A program made the position numbers and the translations under genes. The notes beneath the pieces were generated by a model. The model did no database searches, was not told the origin of the DNA, and worked only from the letters and a program-made list of their open reading frames with translations. This document shows positions 1-10,263 of a DNA stretch of 62,729 nucleotides, one piece after another (the stretch's first letter is position 1; each line of letters starts with the position of its first letter). This stretch comes from a bacterium HR30 (GTDB lineage: Bacteria > Desulfobacterota > Binatia > HRBIN30), in assembly GCA_002898795.1 (NCBI GenBank), contig BEIG01000004.1, forward strand, positions 1-62,729. The letters run 5' to 3'.

Positions 1-25
1 CCAACTTGCAATGGGAGGGTTCCAA

Positions 26-661
26 ATGTGGACCGATCGGGAGGCCAAAGAACAAATCATCCAAATCACAAACGAGCTCTTCGCTCACGGCTTGCTCACG
101 GCCACGGGTGGGAACATTAGTGCGCGTGCGGCCGACGGCGAAACGATTTGGATCACGCCGAGCCAGCTTTACAAAGGCGGACTGCACGAAGAAGACCTCG
201 TGCGTATTCGACGCGACGGGTCTGTCGTCGAGGGCTCGCGCGCACCCTCGGTAGAGTGGCAAATGCACTGGGGCGCCTACGAGGCTCGGCCTGATACCAC
301 GGGAGCAGTACACACCCATGCACCCGTGGCCACAGCCTTTGGAATCACGAACCAGGTGTTCCCGCCCATCAACACGGATGCGATTTTTCTTCGCGACACC
401 CCTTTGGTGCCCTGGTACATGCCTGGCTCGAAAGAGCTAGCCGACGCGGTCCACGAAGCCTTGAAGCAAAGCCGCGGCTGCATTCTGCAGAATCACGGGC
501 TCATGACCGTGGATAAAACCTTACGCAAAGCAGCCACCCGCGCGATGATGATCGAGGAGACCGCAAAGATCGTGCTTTACGTGAAGCAGTTTGGCGGTAC
601 GGTATCGTACATTCCCGATGAGTGGGTCGAACGACTCGCTCCGCTGGCAGACTTCATCTGA
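26..661 (+). CDS. Class II aldolase/adducin family protein
   Basis: Motifs GGNISAR, ITPS, PSVEWQMH, VHTH and LQNHG; GGAGG SD upstream of ATG at 26. Confidence 0.9.
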   Translation: MWTDREAKEQIIQITNELFAHGLLTATGGNISARAADGETIWITPSQLYKGGLHEEDLVRIRRDGSVVEGSRAPSVEWQMHWGAYEARPDTTGAVHTHAPVATAFGITNQVFPPINTDAIFLRDTPLVPWYMPGSKELADAVHEALKQSRGCILQNHGLMTVDKTLRKAATRAMMIEETAKIVLYVKQFGGTVSYIPDEWVERLAPLADFI

Positions 662-741
662 TCGCGAGAAGCCGCCGCCTACGAACTATTGGCCTGCGCC
701 CTCAGCCGGAGCTGCTGCAAATCTCCGTTCGGTAACGTTCC

Positions 742-2838
742 CTACTGAGCGGCCTTTTGCAATGCGGCGGCCCTCCACCATCCTGGTTTTGGGAGCAGCG
801 CCTCCAGTGCAGCAGTGTCCGCTACTGGAGGGGAACAAGTGAACCCCATGCAGACAAAGGCCACCGCGGGCAACGAGCCGCTGCACGTTTTCCCTTGCAC
901 CAAGGGCAAGTTGGCTTTTCCGTCCTCAGGCCACGCCACCAGAAGCACCCGATGGGGCAGGTAGTGTCGCCGCACCGTTTGGGCGAGGTGCGTGCCTGCG
1001 CCGCGTGACGATTCCACCACGACAACTTCACAAGGCCCAGCCAGGTAGAACGAAGCCGCACACAACAAATTGGCGAACCCGGAGGGCTGTGCCTGCATGG
1101 TGGCGGCGTAGGCATCGAGCAAAGCCTTCGCGCGCTGCTCGTATACGGCTTTTCCCGTCAAGTGGGCAAGGCGCAAAAGCGCGTTGCAGGCCACGGAATT
1201 CCCTGAGGGAATGGCGCCGTCGAATGCAGGTTTGCTGCGTACGATCAACGGCTCGTGGCGATCGCTCGTAAAGTAAAAGCCTGGGCGTTCCGGGTCCCAA
1301 AAATGTTCCAGAAGCTCTGTGGCTAAAGTGTCCGCACGGTCCAGGTAGGCCATCTCCTGAAGGGCCTCGAATGCATCCAGGTAGCCCTCCAGTAGGAACG
1401 CCACATCGTCGAGATGCGCCGGATACTTCGCGATGCCCTCAGCATAAGTGCTGTGCAACCCGTTCGCCAACCAGAGGCGTTGTTCGATAAACTGAAGCGT
1501 CTCCCGCGCTACGGTGGCGTAACGTTCTTCTCCGAGAACCTCTGCCGCGAGCGCAAAAGCCGACGCCGCCATCCCATTCCAGGCGGTGAGGATCTTGTCG
1601 TCCCGTGCCGGGGGTACGCGCCGTTGCCGCGCTACGAACAGTTGTTGCCGAGCCTGGTCCAAAGCCTGCGCCACCTCGGTCGCCGGGCGCCCGAAGAGTT
1701 TGGCTAACTGCTCCACCTCCAAGGTAACATGCAGGACGTTGCGCCCGTGCTCGAAGTTGCCCTCTTCGGAAACATCCAAGTAGCGGAAGGCGAGCGCGCC
1801 GACATCGTCTACGAGCAAGTCCATGACCTCCTGCCGCGTCAACACGTAAAACTTCCCCTCTTCCCCTTCGCTGTCGGCATCTTGCGAGGAATAAAAGCCG
1901 CCTTCTGGGGAACGCATCTCGCGCAGCAGATAATCGAGCGTTTGCCGCGCCACGCGGGCAAAGAGTGGCTCCCCGAAGGCTTGAAAAGCGTGCAGGTACA
2001 ATCGCGCGAGCAGGGCATTGTCGTAAAGCATTTTCTCGAAATGAGGCACGAGCCAGCGCTCGTCGACGGAATAGCGATGAAAGCCGCCCCCGAGCTGATC
2101 GAAAATGCCTCCCTGAGCCATGCTGCGGAGCGTGTGGACCACCATGTCTCCATAGCGCTGCTCTCCAGAAAGAAAGAAGTATTGGAGGAAGAACTCGAAC
2201 ACCGACGAATTGGGGAATTTCGGCGCCGGATGGAGTCCGCCGTACTCTGGGTCATAGGCCGAACCAAGGCGCTGCGCGGCGTGTTCGAGGAGCTCCCCAC
2301 CCCAAGCCGCAGCACCTTCTTCCGGCGTTTCCACCCGCTTGAGTGCTTCGACCAGTTGCCCGGCCGTTTTCAGAACTTCGTCCCGCCTCTCGCGGTAGGT
2401 TTGGGCCACCGCCAAGAGAACCCGCCGAAAGGCAGGCAGCCCGTGACGGTCTACCGGAGGGAAATACGTACCCCCGTAAAACGGACGGCCATCGGGACAC
2501 AAAAACACCGTGAGCGGCCAACCCCCGCGGCCGGTGAGAAGCTGCACCGCGGTCATGTAAATGTGATCCACGTCGGGCCTCTCCTCGCGGTCCACCTTAA
2601 TGTTGACGAAGAGCTCGTTCATAAGACGAGCCGTGTCTTCGTCTTCGAACGATTCGCGCTCCATCACGTGGCACCAGTGGCAAGCGGAGTAGCCAATGCT
2701 GAGCAGGATCGGCTTGTCCTCACGCTGCGCGCGCTCGAATGCCTCGGGTCCCCATGGGTACCAGTCGACCGGGTTGTGTGCATGCTGCCGCAAATAGGGG
2801 CTCGTCTCCGAACCCAGTCGGTTCGTGCGTTTTGCCAT
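742..2838 (-). CDS. Thioredoxin-domain protein (YyaL/SSP411, DUF255 family)
   Basis: [47 protein letters not shown]; start trimmed to MAKRTNRL. Confidence 0.92.
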   Translation of the reverse strand: MAKRTNRLGSETSPYLRQHAHNPVDWYPWGPEAFERAQREDKPILLSIGYSACHWCHVMERESFEDEDTARLMNELFVNIKVDREERPDVDHIYMTAVQLLTGRGGWPLTVFLCPDGRPFYGGTYFPPVDRHGLPAFRRVLLAVAQTYRERRDEVLKTAGQLVEALKRVETPEEGAAAWGGELLEHAAQRLGSAYDPEYGGLHPAPKFPNSSVFEFFLQYFFLSGEQRYGDMVVHTLRSMAQGGIFDQLGGGFHRYSVDERWLVPHFEKMLYDNALLARLYLHAFQAFGEPLFARVARQTLDYLLREMRSPEGGFYSSQDADSEGEEGKFYVLTRQEVMDLLVDDVGALAFRYLDVSEEGNFEHGRNVLHVTLEVEQLAKLFGRPATEVAQALDQARQQLFVARQRRVPPARDDKILTAWNGMAASAFALAAEVLGEERYATVARETLQFIEQRLWLANGLHSTYAEGIAKYPAHLDDVAFLLEGYLDAFEALQEMAYLDRADTLATELLEHFWDPERPGFYFTSDRHEPLIVRSKPAFDGAIPSGNSVACNALLRLAHLTGKAVYEQRAKALLDAYAATMQAQPSGFANLLCAASFYLAGPCEVVVVESSRGAGTHLAQTVRRHYLPHRVLLVAWPEDGKANLPLVQGKTCSGSLPAVAFVCMGFTCSPPVADTAALEALLPKPGWWRAAALQKAAQ

Positions 2839-3078
2839 GCTCCATCCTTTCGCGAAAAACGGTTGCTTCCCTTCCCCTTCGCAGCCCTGCCGAACAACGC
2901 AAGCGCGAGCCGTGCCTCGACCGGTGAGCCACCGTGCCGGGACGCAGGCGTACCCCCCAAAGCCCCACAAGATCTTTCCGTTCGGCAGCCGCGCCACCAC
3001 CGATGCAGGAGCGGGTGCCTGGAATTGGCGGTAGCTTTGTGCCCAAGTAAAAAGGCAACAAAACTGAAAGGAGGAACC

Positions 3079-4746
3079 GTGGGGTTTCGGCCGCTACCAG
3101 CTATCGAGCCCGCTACCGCGGCGTACTGGCGTGCATGCCGCGAGGGTCGGCTGGAATTTCGCTTTTGCCCTCGATGCCAATGGTACATTCACCCACCGCG
3201 CCCAGTTTGCCCCCGCTGTTACTCATCCGATCTCAGCTTCAAGGCTGTGTCTGGAAAGGGACGGGTCTATTCCTTCACCGTGAATCACAAGCCGTGGTTT
3301 CCTGGGCAGGAAGTACCGTACGTTGTCGCCCTAGTGGAGCTTGACGAGCAACCGGGACTCCGACTGATGACCAATGTCGTCCGCTGCGCGCCGGAGGAAG
3401 TTCGAATTGGCTTGCCCGTGCGCGTAGAGTTCGAGACCCTCAGCGAGGAAGTTGCTCTGCCCATTTTCGTGCCTGACCCCGAGGCAAAAGCGTCCTCGGA
3501 GCTGAACGAAGTCGCTTCCAGCGCACCGCCCTCCTCACCGACGCCAGCGCCTTTCGTGAGCACCACGGGCGAACCCTTGGAGCGGCGGGCCGTGCTCTCC
3601 GGTGTGGGACAATCGGCCATCGGCCGCCGTTTGTTTCGCGACGAGTTGGATCTTACGTGCGAGGCCGCGCTAAAGGCCATTCGCGACGCGGGACTCGAGG
3701 TTCACGACATCGACGGAATCGCTGCCTATCCGGGGCCGGTATCGAACGTGCCTGGGTTTGCTGGTCCGAGCATCTACGACGTTCAAGACGCGCTCGGCCT
3801 TGCCGTGCGCTGGCACTTGTCGGGGCTGGAGGGTCCAGGGCAAATCATGCCCTTGATCGCGGCAGCTTTGGCTGTGGCTTCCGGCTTGGCGCGGCACGTG
3901 CTGGTTTACCGTACGGTCACCGAGGCCACGGCGGCGGCAGACACGGGTCGGCGCGGCATCGGCGCGGGCGCGCGGGAGATTAGTGGTTTTGCCGCGTTTT
4001 TCGTCCCTTTCGGAGCGATGTCCGCCGCGAACTGGATTGCCCTTTATGCCCGCCGCCACATGCACGAGTACGGCACCGAAAGAAAACACCTGGGGATCAT
4101 TGCGCTTACGGCGCGAGAGCATGCACGGCTCAATCCCTCTGCGGTTTACCGCGACCCGCTGAGCTGGAACGACTACTGGCAAGCCCGTCTCGTCAGCGAA
4201 CCATTTTGCCTCTACGACTGCGACGCCCCAGTCGATGGTTCGACAGCGGTCATCGTGTCGGCCGCAGAGTGCGCTCGCGATCTTGCCAAACCCGCCGTGC
4301 ACATCGAAGCCGTGGGCACGGCGCTCGGGCGCCGGCCCCTGTGGGATCAATGGCCCGATCTTACGACCATGGCAGCCCACGACGCTGCGCGGCATCTGTG
4401 GAGTCGAACTTCTCTCGAACCCACGGATGTCGATACCGCACAATTGTACGACGGGTTTAGCTTCCTCACCTTAGCCTGGCTCGAAGCACTGGGCTTTTGC
4501 GGCCGAGGCGAGAGTGGGCCATTCGTGGAGGAGGGACATATTCGTCTCGGGGGATCGCTACCCCTCAACACCTGGGGCGGACAGTTGTCGGGCGGACGGC
4601 TGCACGGGTATGGCTTCGTTGCCGAAGCCATCCGCCAGCTCCGGGGCGAATGCGGCGAGCGGCAAGTGCCGAACTGCGAGGTTGCTGTCGTCGCCGTGGG
4701 TGGCGGACCAGTTGCCGGCTGCATGTTGCTCACCCGCGGCCGGTGA
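3079..4746 (+). CDS. DUF35 (Zn-ribbon/OB-fold) domain fused to a non-classical thiolase-family (SCP2/Ltp2-like) domain
   Basis: N-terminal CPRC..CPRC and G-x-VYSFTV..PY OB-fold motifs; C-terminal [31 protein letters not shown]; AAGGAGG SD before GTG at 3079. Confidence 0.85.
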   Translation: MGFRPLPAIEPATAAYWRACREGRLEFRFCPRCQWYIHPPRPVCPRCYSSDLSFKAVSGKGRVYSFTVNHKPWFPGQEVPYVVALVELDEQPGLRLMTNVVRCAPEEVRIGLPVRVEFETLSEEVALPIFVPDPEAKASSELNEVASSAPPSSPTPAPFVSTTGEPLERRAVLSGVGQSAIGRRLFRDELDLTCEAALKAIRDAGLEVHDIDGIAAYPGPVSNVPGFAGPSIYDVQDALGLAVRWHLSGLEGPGQIMPLIAAALAVASGLARHVLVYRTVTEATAAADTGRRGIGAGAREISGFAAFFVPFGAMSAANWIALYARRHMHEYGTERKHLGIIALTAREHARLNPSAVYRDPLSWNDYWQARLVSEPFCLYDCDAPVDGSTAVIVSAAECARDLAKPAVHIEAVGTALGRRPLWDQWPDLTTMAAHDAARHLWSRTSLEPTDVDTAQLYDGFSFLTLAWLEALGFCGRGESGPFVEEGHIRLGGSLPLNTWGGQLSGGRLHGYGFVAEAIRQLRGECGERQVPNCEVAVVAVGGGPVAGCMLLTRGR

Positions 4747-4821
4747 AATCCCGCGGTTCGAGGACCTGGATTGCCGCCCCAGGGTTCCCTACACAGTGGC
4801 CCCACGAAGGAGAATGTTTCC

Positions 4822-5130
4822 ATGAGTGATTTCGTTCGTGTGGCGTCGGTCGACGAGATTCCCCCTCAACGGGGCAAGGCCTTCGAGGTCAAGGGCCGTA
4901 CAATAGCCGTGTTTCACACGCGCGACGGAAAATTTTACGCCATCGAGAATACGTGCAAGCACAAAGGTGGTCCCCTGGCAGAAGGGGACCTGGACGAGCA
5001 CACGGTGTTCTGCCCTTGGCACGGCTGGGCTTACGACGTGACAACAGGCGAGTGCTTGGAAGACAGCGAGTCCTCGGTAGAGCACTTCGAAGTGAAAGTG
5101 GAAGGCGGCGATATCTGGGTACGCGTGTGA
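4822..5130 (+). CDS. Rieske [2Fe-2S] ferredoxin
   Basis: CKH..CPWHG Rieske ligands; AAGGAG SD. Confidence 0.9.
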   Translation: MSDFVRVASVDEIPPQRGKAFEVKGRTIAVFHTRDGKFYAIENTCKHKGGPLAEGDLDEHTVFCPWHGWAYDVTTGECLEDSESSVEHFEVKVEGGDIWVRV

Positions 5131-5164
5131 ACCAAGGAACTGGCAGCATCAAGGTGCAAAGCCG

Positions 5165-6223
5165 ATGAACACCGTCGGTGCGCTCATTACGATGGGCATT
5201 CCGGGCGCTGAGCTCGACGATGCCACGCGGCAGACGCTCGAGCAGATTCGCCCGGGTTGCATCATCCTGTTTCGTCGCAACGTTGATCGTGGGTTCGATA
5301 GCCTTCAGAGGCTCGTTGCCGAATTACACCAACTGCCCTGGGCGCCTCTCGTCGCAATCGATCACGAAGGCGGGCGGGTCATGCGACTTGGCGAGCCGTT
5401 CACTCACTTCCCACCGGCTTCGGTGTTGGGCGCGCGCAAGGATCCTGCGCTCGCGCGCGATGTGGCTTTTGCCATGGGGCGGGAACTCGCGAGCGTCGGC
5501 TTCGACCTGGTTTATGCTCCGGTCCTCGACGTTCTTACGTGTAAAACCAACACCGTCATTGGCGACCGCGCCTTCGGCGATGACCCCCAACTCGTTGCGC
5601 GACTCGGCTCCGCACAAGTGCGCGGCTTTCTCGACGCGGGCATCCTTTGTTGTGGAAAGCATTTCCCCGGTCACGGCGATACCGAAGTCGATTCTCACCT
5701 GGACCTGCCTCGCGTCGAAGTCAGCTTCGAAGTGTTGCGGCAACGCGAGCTGGTACCCTTTCGGGCAGCCATCGATGCAGGCGTGCCCATGTTGATGACA
5801 GCCCACGTTACGTACTCCGCTTCCGCCAGCCAGCTACCCGCGAGCTTCGACCCCTTTTTCTTGCACACCGTGGTTCGAGAGCAACTGCGCTTTTCTGGCG
5901 TCGTGGTCACGGACGACCTCGAAATGGGCGCAGTCAAACGGATGGCATCGCCGGCAGAAGCCGCAGTGCGAGCCATCGCCGCAGGTGCGGATGGCGTGCT
6001 CGTTTGCCAAACAACGGAAGCTGCTCTCGCGGTGTGGCAGGCTCTCAGCGAGGCAGCCCAAAACCAGCCACAGGCACGCGAGCGAGTTGCAGCGGCACAC
6101 GAGCGGTGGCAAGCCTTGTGCCACCACCTCGACCGCTCCCGGCGGAACAAATGCGAACTCCCTTGTCCGGAACACCGCCGCCTCGCCCAAAACCTTCAAA
6201 GGACGCCGGCAACCGGAGCCTGA
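5165..6223 (+). CDS. nagZ: Beta-N-acetylhexosaminidase (GH3)
   Basis: DHEGGRV, APVLD, KHFPGHGDTEVDSH, TDDLEM. Confidence 0.88.
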   Translation: MNTVGALITMGIPGAELDDATRQTLEQIRPGCIILFRRNVDRGFDSLQRLVAELHQLPWAPLVAIDHEGGRVMRLGEPFTHFPPASVLGARKDPALARDVAFAMGRELASVGFDLVYAPVLDVLTCKTNTVIGDRAFGDDPQLVARLGSAQVRGFLDAGILCCGKHFPGHGDTEVDSHLDLPRVEVSFEVLRQRELVPFRAAIDAGVPMLMTAHVTYSASASQLPASFDPFFLHTVVREQLRFSGVVVTDDLEMGAVKRMASPAEAAVRAIAAGADGVLVCQTTEAALAVWQALSEAAQNQPQARERVAAAHERWQALCHHLDRSRRNKCELPCPEHRRLAQNLQRTPATGA

Positions 6224-6369
6224 ACATCGACGGGCGAGAGTTCTGCCCAAGCCAACGCCGGGCATCACGCCAAGCCAGATAACCGCCGGTGCCTTTGTCT
6301 CGTGTCGCTCCCCCGGCTTGCCTTGGCAGCATCCTCATGCAAGCGGCCAACAAGGAGGAGGGGAAGGCG

Positions 6370-7119
6370 ATGTCAGACCTGAACGGAAAATTTGCCCTCG
6401 TCACGGGCTCCTCGCGAGGTATCGGGCGCGGAATCGCTCTCGAACTTGCGCGCGCAGGCGCGCATGTAGCTGTTCATTATCGCCGCGAGCGGGAAGCAGC
6501 GGAGGCTACAGCCCGCGAGATCGAAGCCCTCGGCCGAAAAGCCGTGGTGGTGGCAGCGGACGTTTCCGAGTGGGAGCAAGTGCAACGAATGGTGGAACAG
6601 GTCCTCGCCAGCTTCGGGCGGCTCGACATTGTCGTGGCGAATTCCGGAGTAGCGTCGCGCCCTGCACCGGTGTGGGACATGGATGTGGAGCACTGGCACC
6701 GGGTGATTGCCGTGGATTTGCACGGTGCCTTTTACACATGCCGCGCCACGGTCGGTCACCTTGTCCGGCAGGGCTCAGGGGTGGTGATCTTAGTTTCGTC
6801 CATCGGGGCTGACCTCTGCGCCCCCTTTGGCGCGCCGTACTACGCGGCCAAAGCAGCCGTGAACGCGCTGGCGAAAACGCTGGCCAAGGAATGCGCACCT
6901 GCTGGGGTGCGGGTCAATGTGATTGCGCCGGGGCTCATTCACACCGACATGGGCGAGCGCATGATTCGCGCTCACGGGGAAGCGCTACTTTCCACCATCC
7001 CCCTGGGCCGCGCAGGCACGCCGGAAGAGATTGGCAAGGCGGCCGTGTTCCTTGCCAGCGACGATGCCGCCTTCATTACCGGGAAGATTCTCCGCATCGA
7101 CGGAGGAGCTTGGATGTGA
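6370..7119 (+). CDS. Short-chain dehydrogenase/reductase (FabG-like)
   Basis: TGSSRGIG, YxxxK motif (YAAK), IDGG at the C-terminus. Confidence 0.9.
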   Translation: MSDLNGKFALVTGSSRGIGRGIALELARAGAHVAVHYRREREAAEATAREIEALGRKAVVVAADVSEWEQVQRMVEQVLASFGRLDIVVANSGVASRPAPVWDMDVEHWHRVIAVDLHGAFYTCRATVGHLVRQGSGVVILVSSIGADLCAPFGAPYYAAKAAVNALAKTLAKECAPAGVRVNVIAPGLIHTDMGERMIRAHGEALLSTIPLGRAGTPEEIGKAAVFLASDDAAFITGKILRIDGGAWM

Positions 7120-7210
7120 CGTAGCCCGTTGCCTCCGGCAGCATAGGGTGGCAGCGCTAGGCGGCCTCGGGTAACATGGTGAGCGAATCTTTGCGCGAGG
7201 AAACCACCGG

Positions 7211-7606
7211 ATGCAGCGGGAATTTCGGATCCGTACGCGCCAAAAACGCGAGCTCGTCGACATCACGAGCCAAGTGGCCGAGATTGTCCGCGCCAGCGGC
7301 GTTTCAGAGGGTATCTGCCATGTGTACGTGGCACACGCGACCGCGGCGGTGGTTATCAACGAAAACGACGACCCCAACGTGTGCCTGGACTTCCTCGAAT
7401 GCCTCGACAAACTCGTGCCCCACGGAATCTGGCGGCACGACCGTGTGGACAACAATGCCGCCGCTCACATCAAGGCAGCCATGCTGGGACCGAGTGAAAG
7501 CATTCCCATCCATTCGGGGAGACTCCTTCTTGGCACCTGGCAAGCCATTATGTTGGCAGAACTCGATGGTCCTCGGGAACGGCGCGTGATCGTAACGGTG
7601 CAGTGA
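7211..7606 (+). CDS. yjbQ: YjbQ/UPF0047 family protein
   Basis: HATAAVVINEN.DP, NAAAHIKA, LGTWQ..ELDGPR. Confidence 0.88.
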   Translation: MQREFRIRTRQKRELVDITSQVAEIVRASGVSEGICHVYVAHATAAVVINENDDPNVCLDFLECLDKLVPHGIWRHDRVDNNAAAHIKAAMLGPSESIPIHSGRLLLGTWQAIMLAELDGPRERRVIVTVQ

Positions 7607-7613
7607 CCTTCGG

Positions 7614-8540
7614 ATGCCTAGCTCGCAACCACCGCGCTCTGCGCACTTTGCAGACCGATTGCTCGCTCGGGTGCGTTCCCTCGGTCACCCCTTGTGCCTC
7701 GGGCTGGACCCGCACTTGCCGCTGATTCCACCTTTGTTCCGCCACGAAAACATGGAACCACACCACCCTGCGACGGCGGAGCACGTGGTCCGCTTCCTTT
7801 GTGCGGTGCTGGAACGATACGAAGGCCACGTTGCTGTGGTGAAACCGCAAGTGGCTTTTTTCGAGCAAATGGGGGCAAGCGGGTTCGCTGCTCTCGAGAA
7901 GGTGATCGCCCGCGCCCGCGAGCTGGATATGCTCATCGTGCTCGACGCCAAGCGGGGCGACATCGACTCCACGGCCCAAGCCTATGCACATTCTTTGGCA
8001 CCGGAATCTCCCCTTCATAGCGACGCGATTACTGTCCACCCTTACTTGGGCCGGGACAGCATCGAACCGTTCACCCACGCCGCAGAGACCTATGGTGGGG
8101 GCGTGTTCGTGTTAGTGAAAACCAGCAACCCAGGAGCAGCCGACTTGCAGGACCTCACCTGCGGGGGCCGTCGCTTGTTCGAGCACGTTGCCAGGATGCT
8201 AGCGCCCTCGTGCGAGCGCTTGCGCGGGTCGTGCGGCTGGTCGTCTCTCGGAGTGGTCGTCGGAGCACATCACACCGAGGACGCGATCCGCATTCGCCAA
8301 CTGCTTCCCCATGCGCTGTTCCTCGTGCCAGGGTTCGGAGCTCAGGGCGCGGATGCGCGAGCCGCGGTGGCCGGCTTCGTTCCGGGCCCGAGTGGACGCG
8401 AAGGCGGCATCGTCAATTCCTCGCGGGCGCTCCTGTTTCCCCCTGGCAGTCACACCGACGACCTTGCCACCTGGGAGCGAGCCATCGACGAGGCGCGTGA
8501 CCGCGCCATCGAAGCGCTGCGTGCTGCGACTCGCGGCTAA
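7614..8540 (+). CDS. pyrF: Orotidine-5'-phosphate decarboxylase
   Basis: LCLGLDP, KPQVAFFE, DAKRGDIDST, KTSNPG, LVPGFGAQG, NSSR. Confidence 0.93.
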   Translation: MPSSQPPRSAHFADRLLARVRSLGHPLCLGLDPHLPLIPPLFRHENMEPHHPATAEHVVRFLCAVLERYEGHVAVVKPQVAFFEQMGASGFAALEKVIARARELDMLIVLDAKRGDIDSTAQAYAHSLAPESPLHSDAITVHPYLGRDSIEPFTHAAETYGGGVFVLVKTSNPGAADLQDLTCGGRRLFEHVARMLAPSCERLRGSCGWSSLGVVVGAHHTEDAIRIRQLLPHALFLVPGFGAQGADARAAVAGFVPGPSGREGGIVNSSRALLFPPGSHTDDLATWERAIDEARDRAIEALRAATRG

Positions 8541-8558
8541 CGGAGGCGTCGGGTCGCC

Positions 8559-10217
8559 TCAGCTAAGGCCCACGATTTGGCCGTCGCGCACGTCGATCTG
8601 CGTAGCCAGGGGCTCCCTGGGTAGGCCCGGCATCCGCAAGATGTCTCCGAGCAACACCACCAGGAACCCTGCACCCGTCGCCGGCTGAATGGCACGCACG
8701 GTGACATCGAAATCTGTTGGTCGGCCCAGCCGTTTCGGATCGTCCGAAAGCGACGTCGGTGTTTTTGCCAAGCACACGGGAAGCTTGTCGAACCCGTATC
8801 GCGCAATGAGCTGCAAATCGCGCTCGGCCTCTTTCGTGTACACAACGCCACGGGCGCCGTACATTGACTGGGCCACCTTCAGGATCTTTGTTTGCACAGG
8901 CTCGCTCCAATCGTACAACGGCCGAAAAGGTTTGCTTTGCTTCTCCGCGTGCGCCATCACCGTTTGCGCCAAGGTCGTGCACCCCTCACCGCCGCGACTG
9001 AACGGCTGTGCCACTGCCACCGGCACCCCGAGGTAGCCGCAGCGACGCCGCACAACCTCGACTTCTTCTTCCGTGTCCGTCGCGAACCGATTGATGGCAA
9101 CGACCGGGGGTTCGCCAAAACGGCGAATGTTCTCCACGTGCTTGTCGAGGTTCGGCAAGCCCTTGGCCACCGCGGCCGGGTTTGGCCGTGCAACGTCCTC
9201 CGGGGCAACGCCGCCGTGCAACTTGAGCGCTCGCACTGTCGCCACCAGAACAACGGCCGCTGTATCGAAGCCGGCGGTGACGCACTTGATATCGAAGAAC
9301 TTCTCCGCCCCCAGGTCGAAGGCAAAACCGGCCTCGGTAATCGCCCAGTCGGCGCAATCCAGCGCGAGTTGCGTCGCGATGATGCTGTTGCAGCCATGGG
9401 CAATGTTGGCGAACGGCCCTCCATGCACCAACACCGGTGTGCCTTCGCGGGTTTGCACCAGGTTGGGCAGAAGCGCGTCCCGCAGCAAGGCCAGCATGGC
9501 GCCCGTGGCTTTCAGTTGATCGGCAAAAACCGGCTCGCCCGAATACGTAAAGCCCACCAAGGTACGGGCCAGCCGTGCGCGTAAATCTTCAGCGTCGCGC
9601 GCCAGGCACAGCATGGCCATCACTTCGGATGCGGCGGTGATATCGAACCCTGCCTCGCGGGGGACGCCGTGCGCCGCACCGCCCAAACCCGTCACGATGA
9701 AGCGCAAACTCCGATCGTTCACATCCATCACCCGCTTCCAAGTGATGCGGCGGGGGTCGATACCCAAGGGGTTACTGAAGTAGACGTGGTTGTCGACCAT
9801 GGCCGCGAGCAGGTTGTGTGCAGCGGTGACCGCATGGAAGTCGCCAGTGAAGTGAAGGTTGATGCGATCTGCCGGAACCAAACTAGCCGCGCCACCGCCG
9901 GTGCCTCCGCCTTTGATCCCAAAACACGGACCTAAGGACGGCTCACGCAACGCAAGACACACGGACTTGCCTAACAACCGAAATGCGTCGGCCAGGCCAA
10001 TGGCGATGGTTGTTTTGCCTTCACCGGCCGCAGTGGGAGTAATCCCAGAAACCAAGATCAATCGTGCTTGGCCTGCCCGGCGGCGGCCCCGGTAAACAGC
10101 GTGCGGTTCGACCTTGGCCATTTGCCGTCCGAACAACATCAAGTCATCTGGCCCTAACCCCAGTTCGGCTGCCACATCCTCGATCGCCCTCGGTGCCCGT
10201 ATCTCGTGCTCGCGCAT
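8559..10217 (-). CDS. fhs: Formate--tetrahydrofolate ligase
   Basis: TPTAAGEGKTT, LREPSLGP, INLHFTGDFHA, HGGPFANIAHGCNS, TEAGF. Confidence 0.96.
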   Translation of the reverse strand: MREHEIRAPRAIEDVAAELGLGPDDLMLFGRQMAKVEPHAVYRGRRRAGQARLILVSGITPTAAGEGKTTIAIGLADAFRLLGKSVCLALREPSLGPCFGIKGGGTGGGAASLVPADRINLHFTGDFHAVTAAHNLLAAMVDNHVYFSNPLGIDPRRITWKRVMDVNDRSLRFIVTGLGGAAHGVPREAGFDITAASEVMAMLCLARDAEDLRARLARTLVGFTYSGEPVFADQLKATGAMLALLRDALLPNLVQTREGTPVLVHGGPFANIAHGCNSIIATQLALDCADWAITEAGFAFDLGAEKFFDIKCVTAGFDTAAVVLVATVRALKLHGGVAPEDVARPNPAAVAKGLPNLDKHVENIRRFGEPPVVAINRFATDTEEEVEVVRRRCGYLGVPVAVAQPFSRGGEGCTTLAQTVMAHAEKQSKPFRPLYDWSEPVQTKILKVAQSMYGARGVVYTKEAERDLQLIARYGFDKLPVCLAKTPTSLSDDPKRLGRPTDFDVTVRAIQPATGAGFLVVLLGDILRMPGLPREPLATQIDVRDGQIVGLS

Positions 10218-10263
10218 CGCCTCTGCCCTCTACCATGTTTTTTTCGGCCTCGCTCAGGCCGCG

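Noticed and set aside
1729-3078. N-terminal 450 aa of the 1005-aa ORF
   Set aside because: Antisense shadow of the YyaL-like gene; the real start is the GTG at 3079 with a strong SD.
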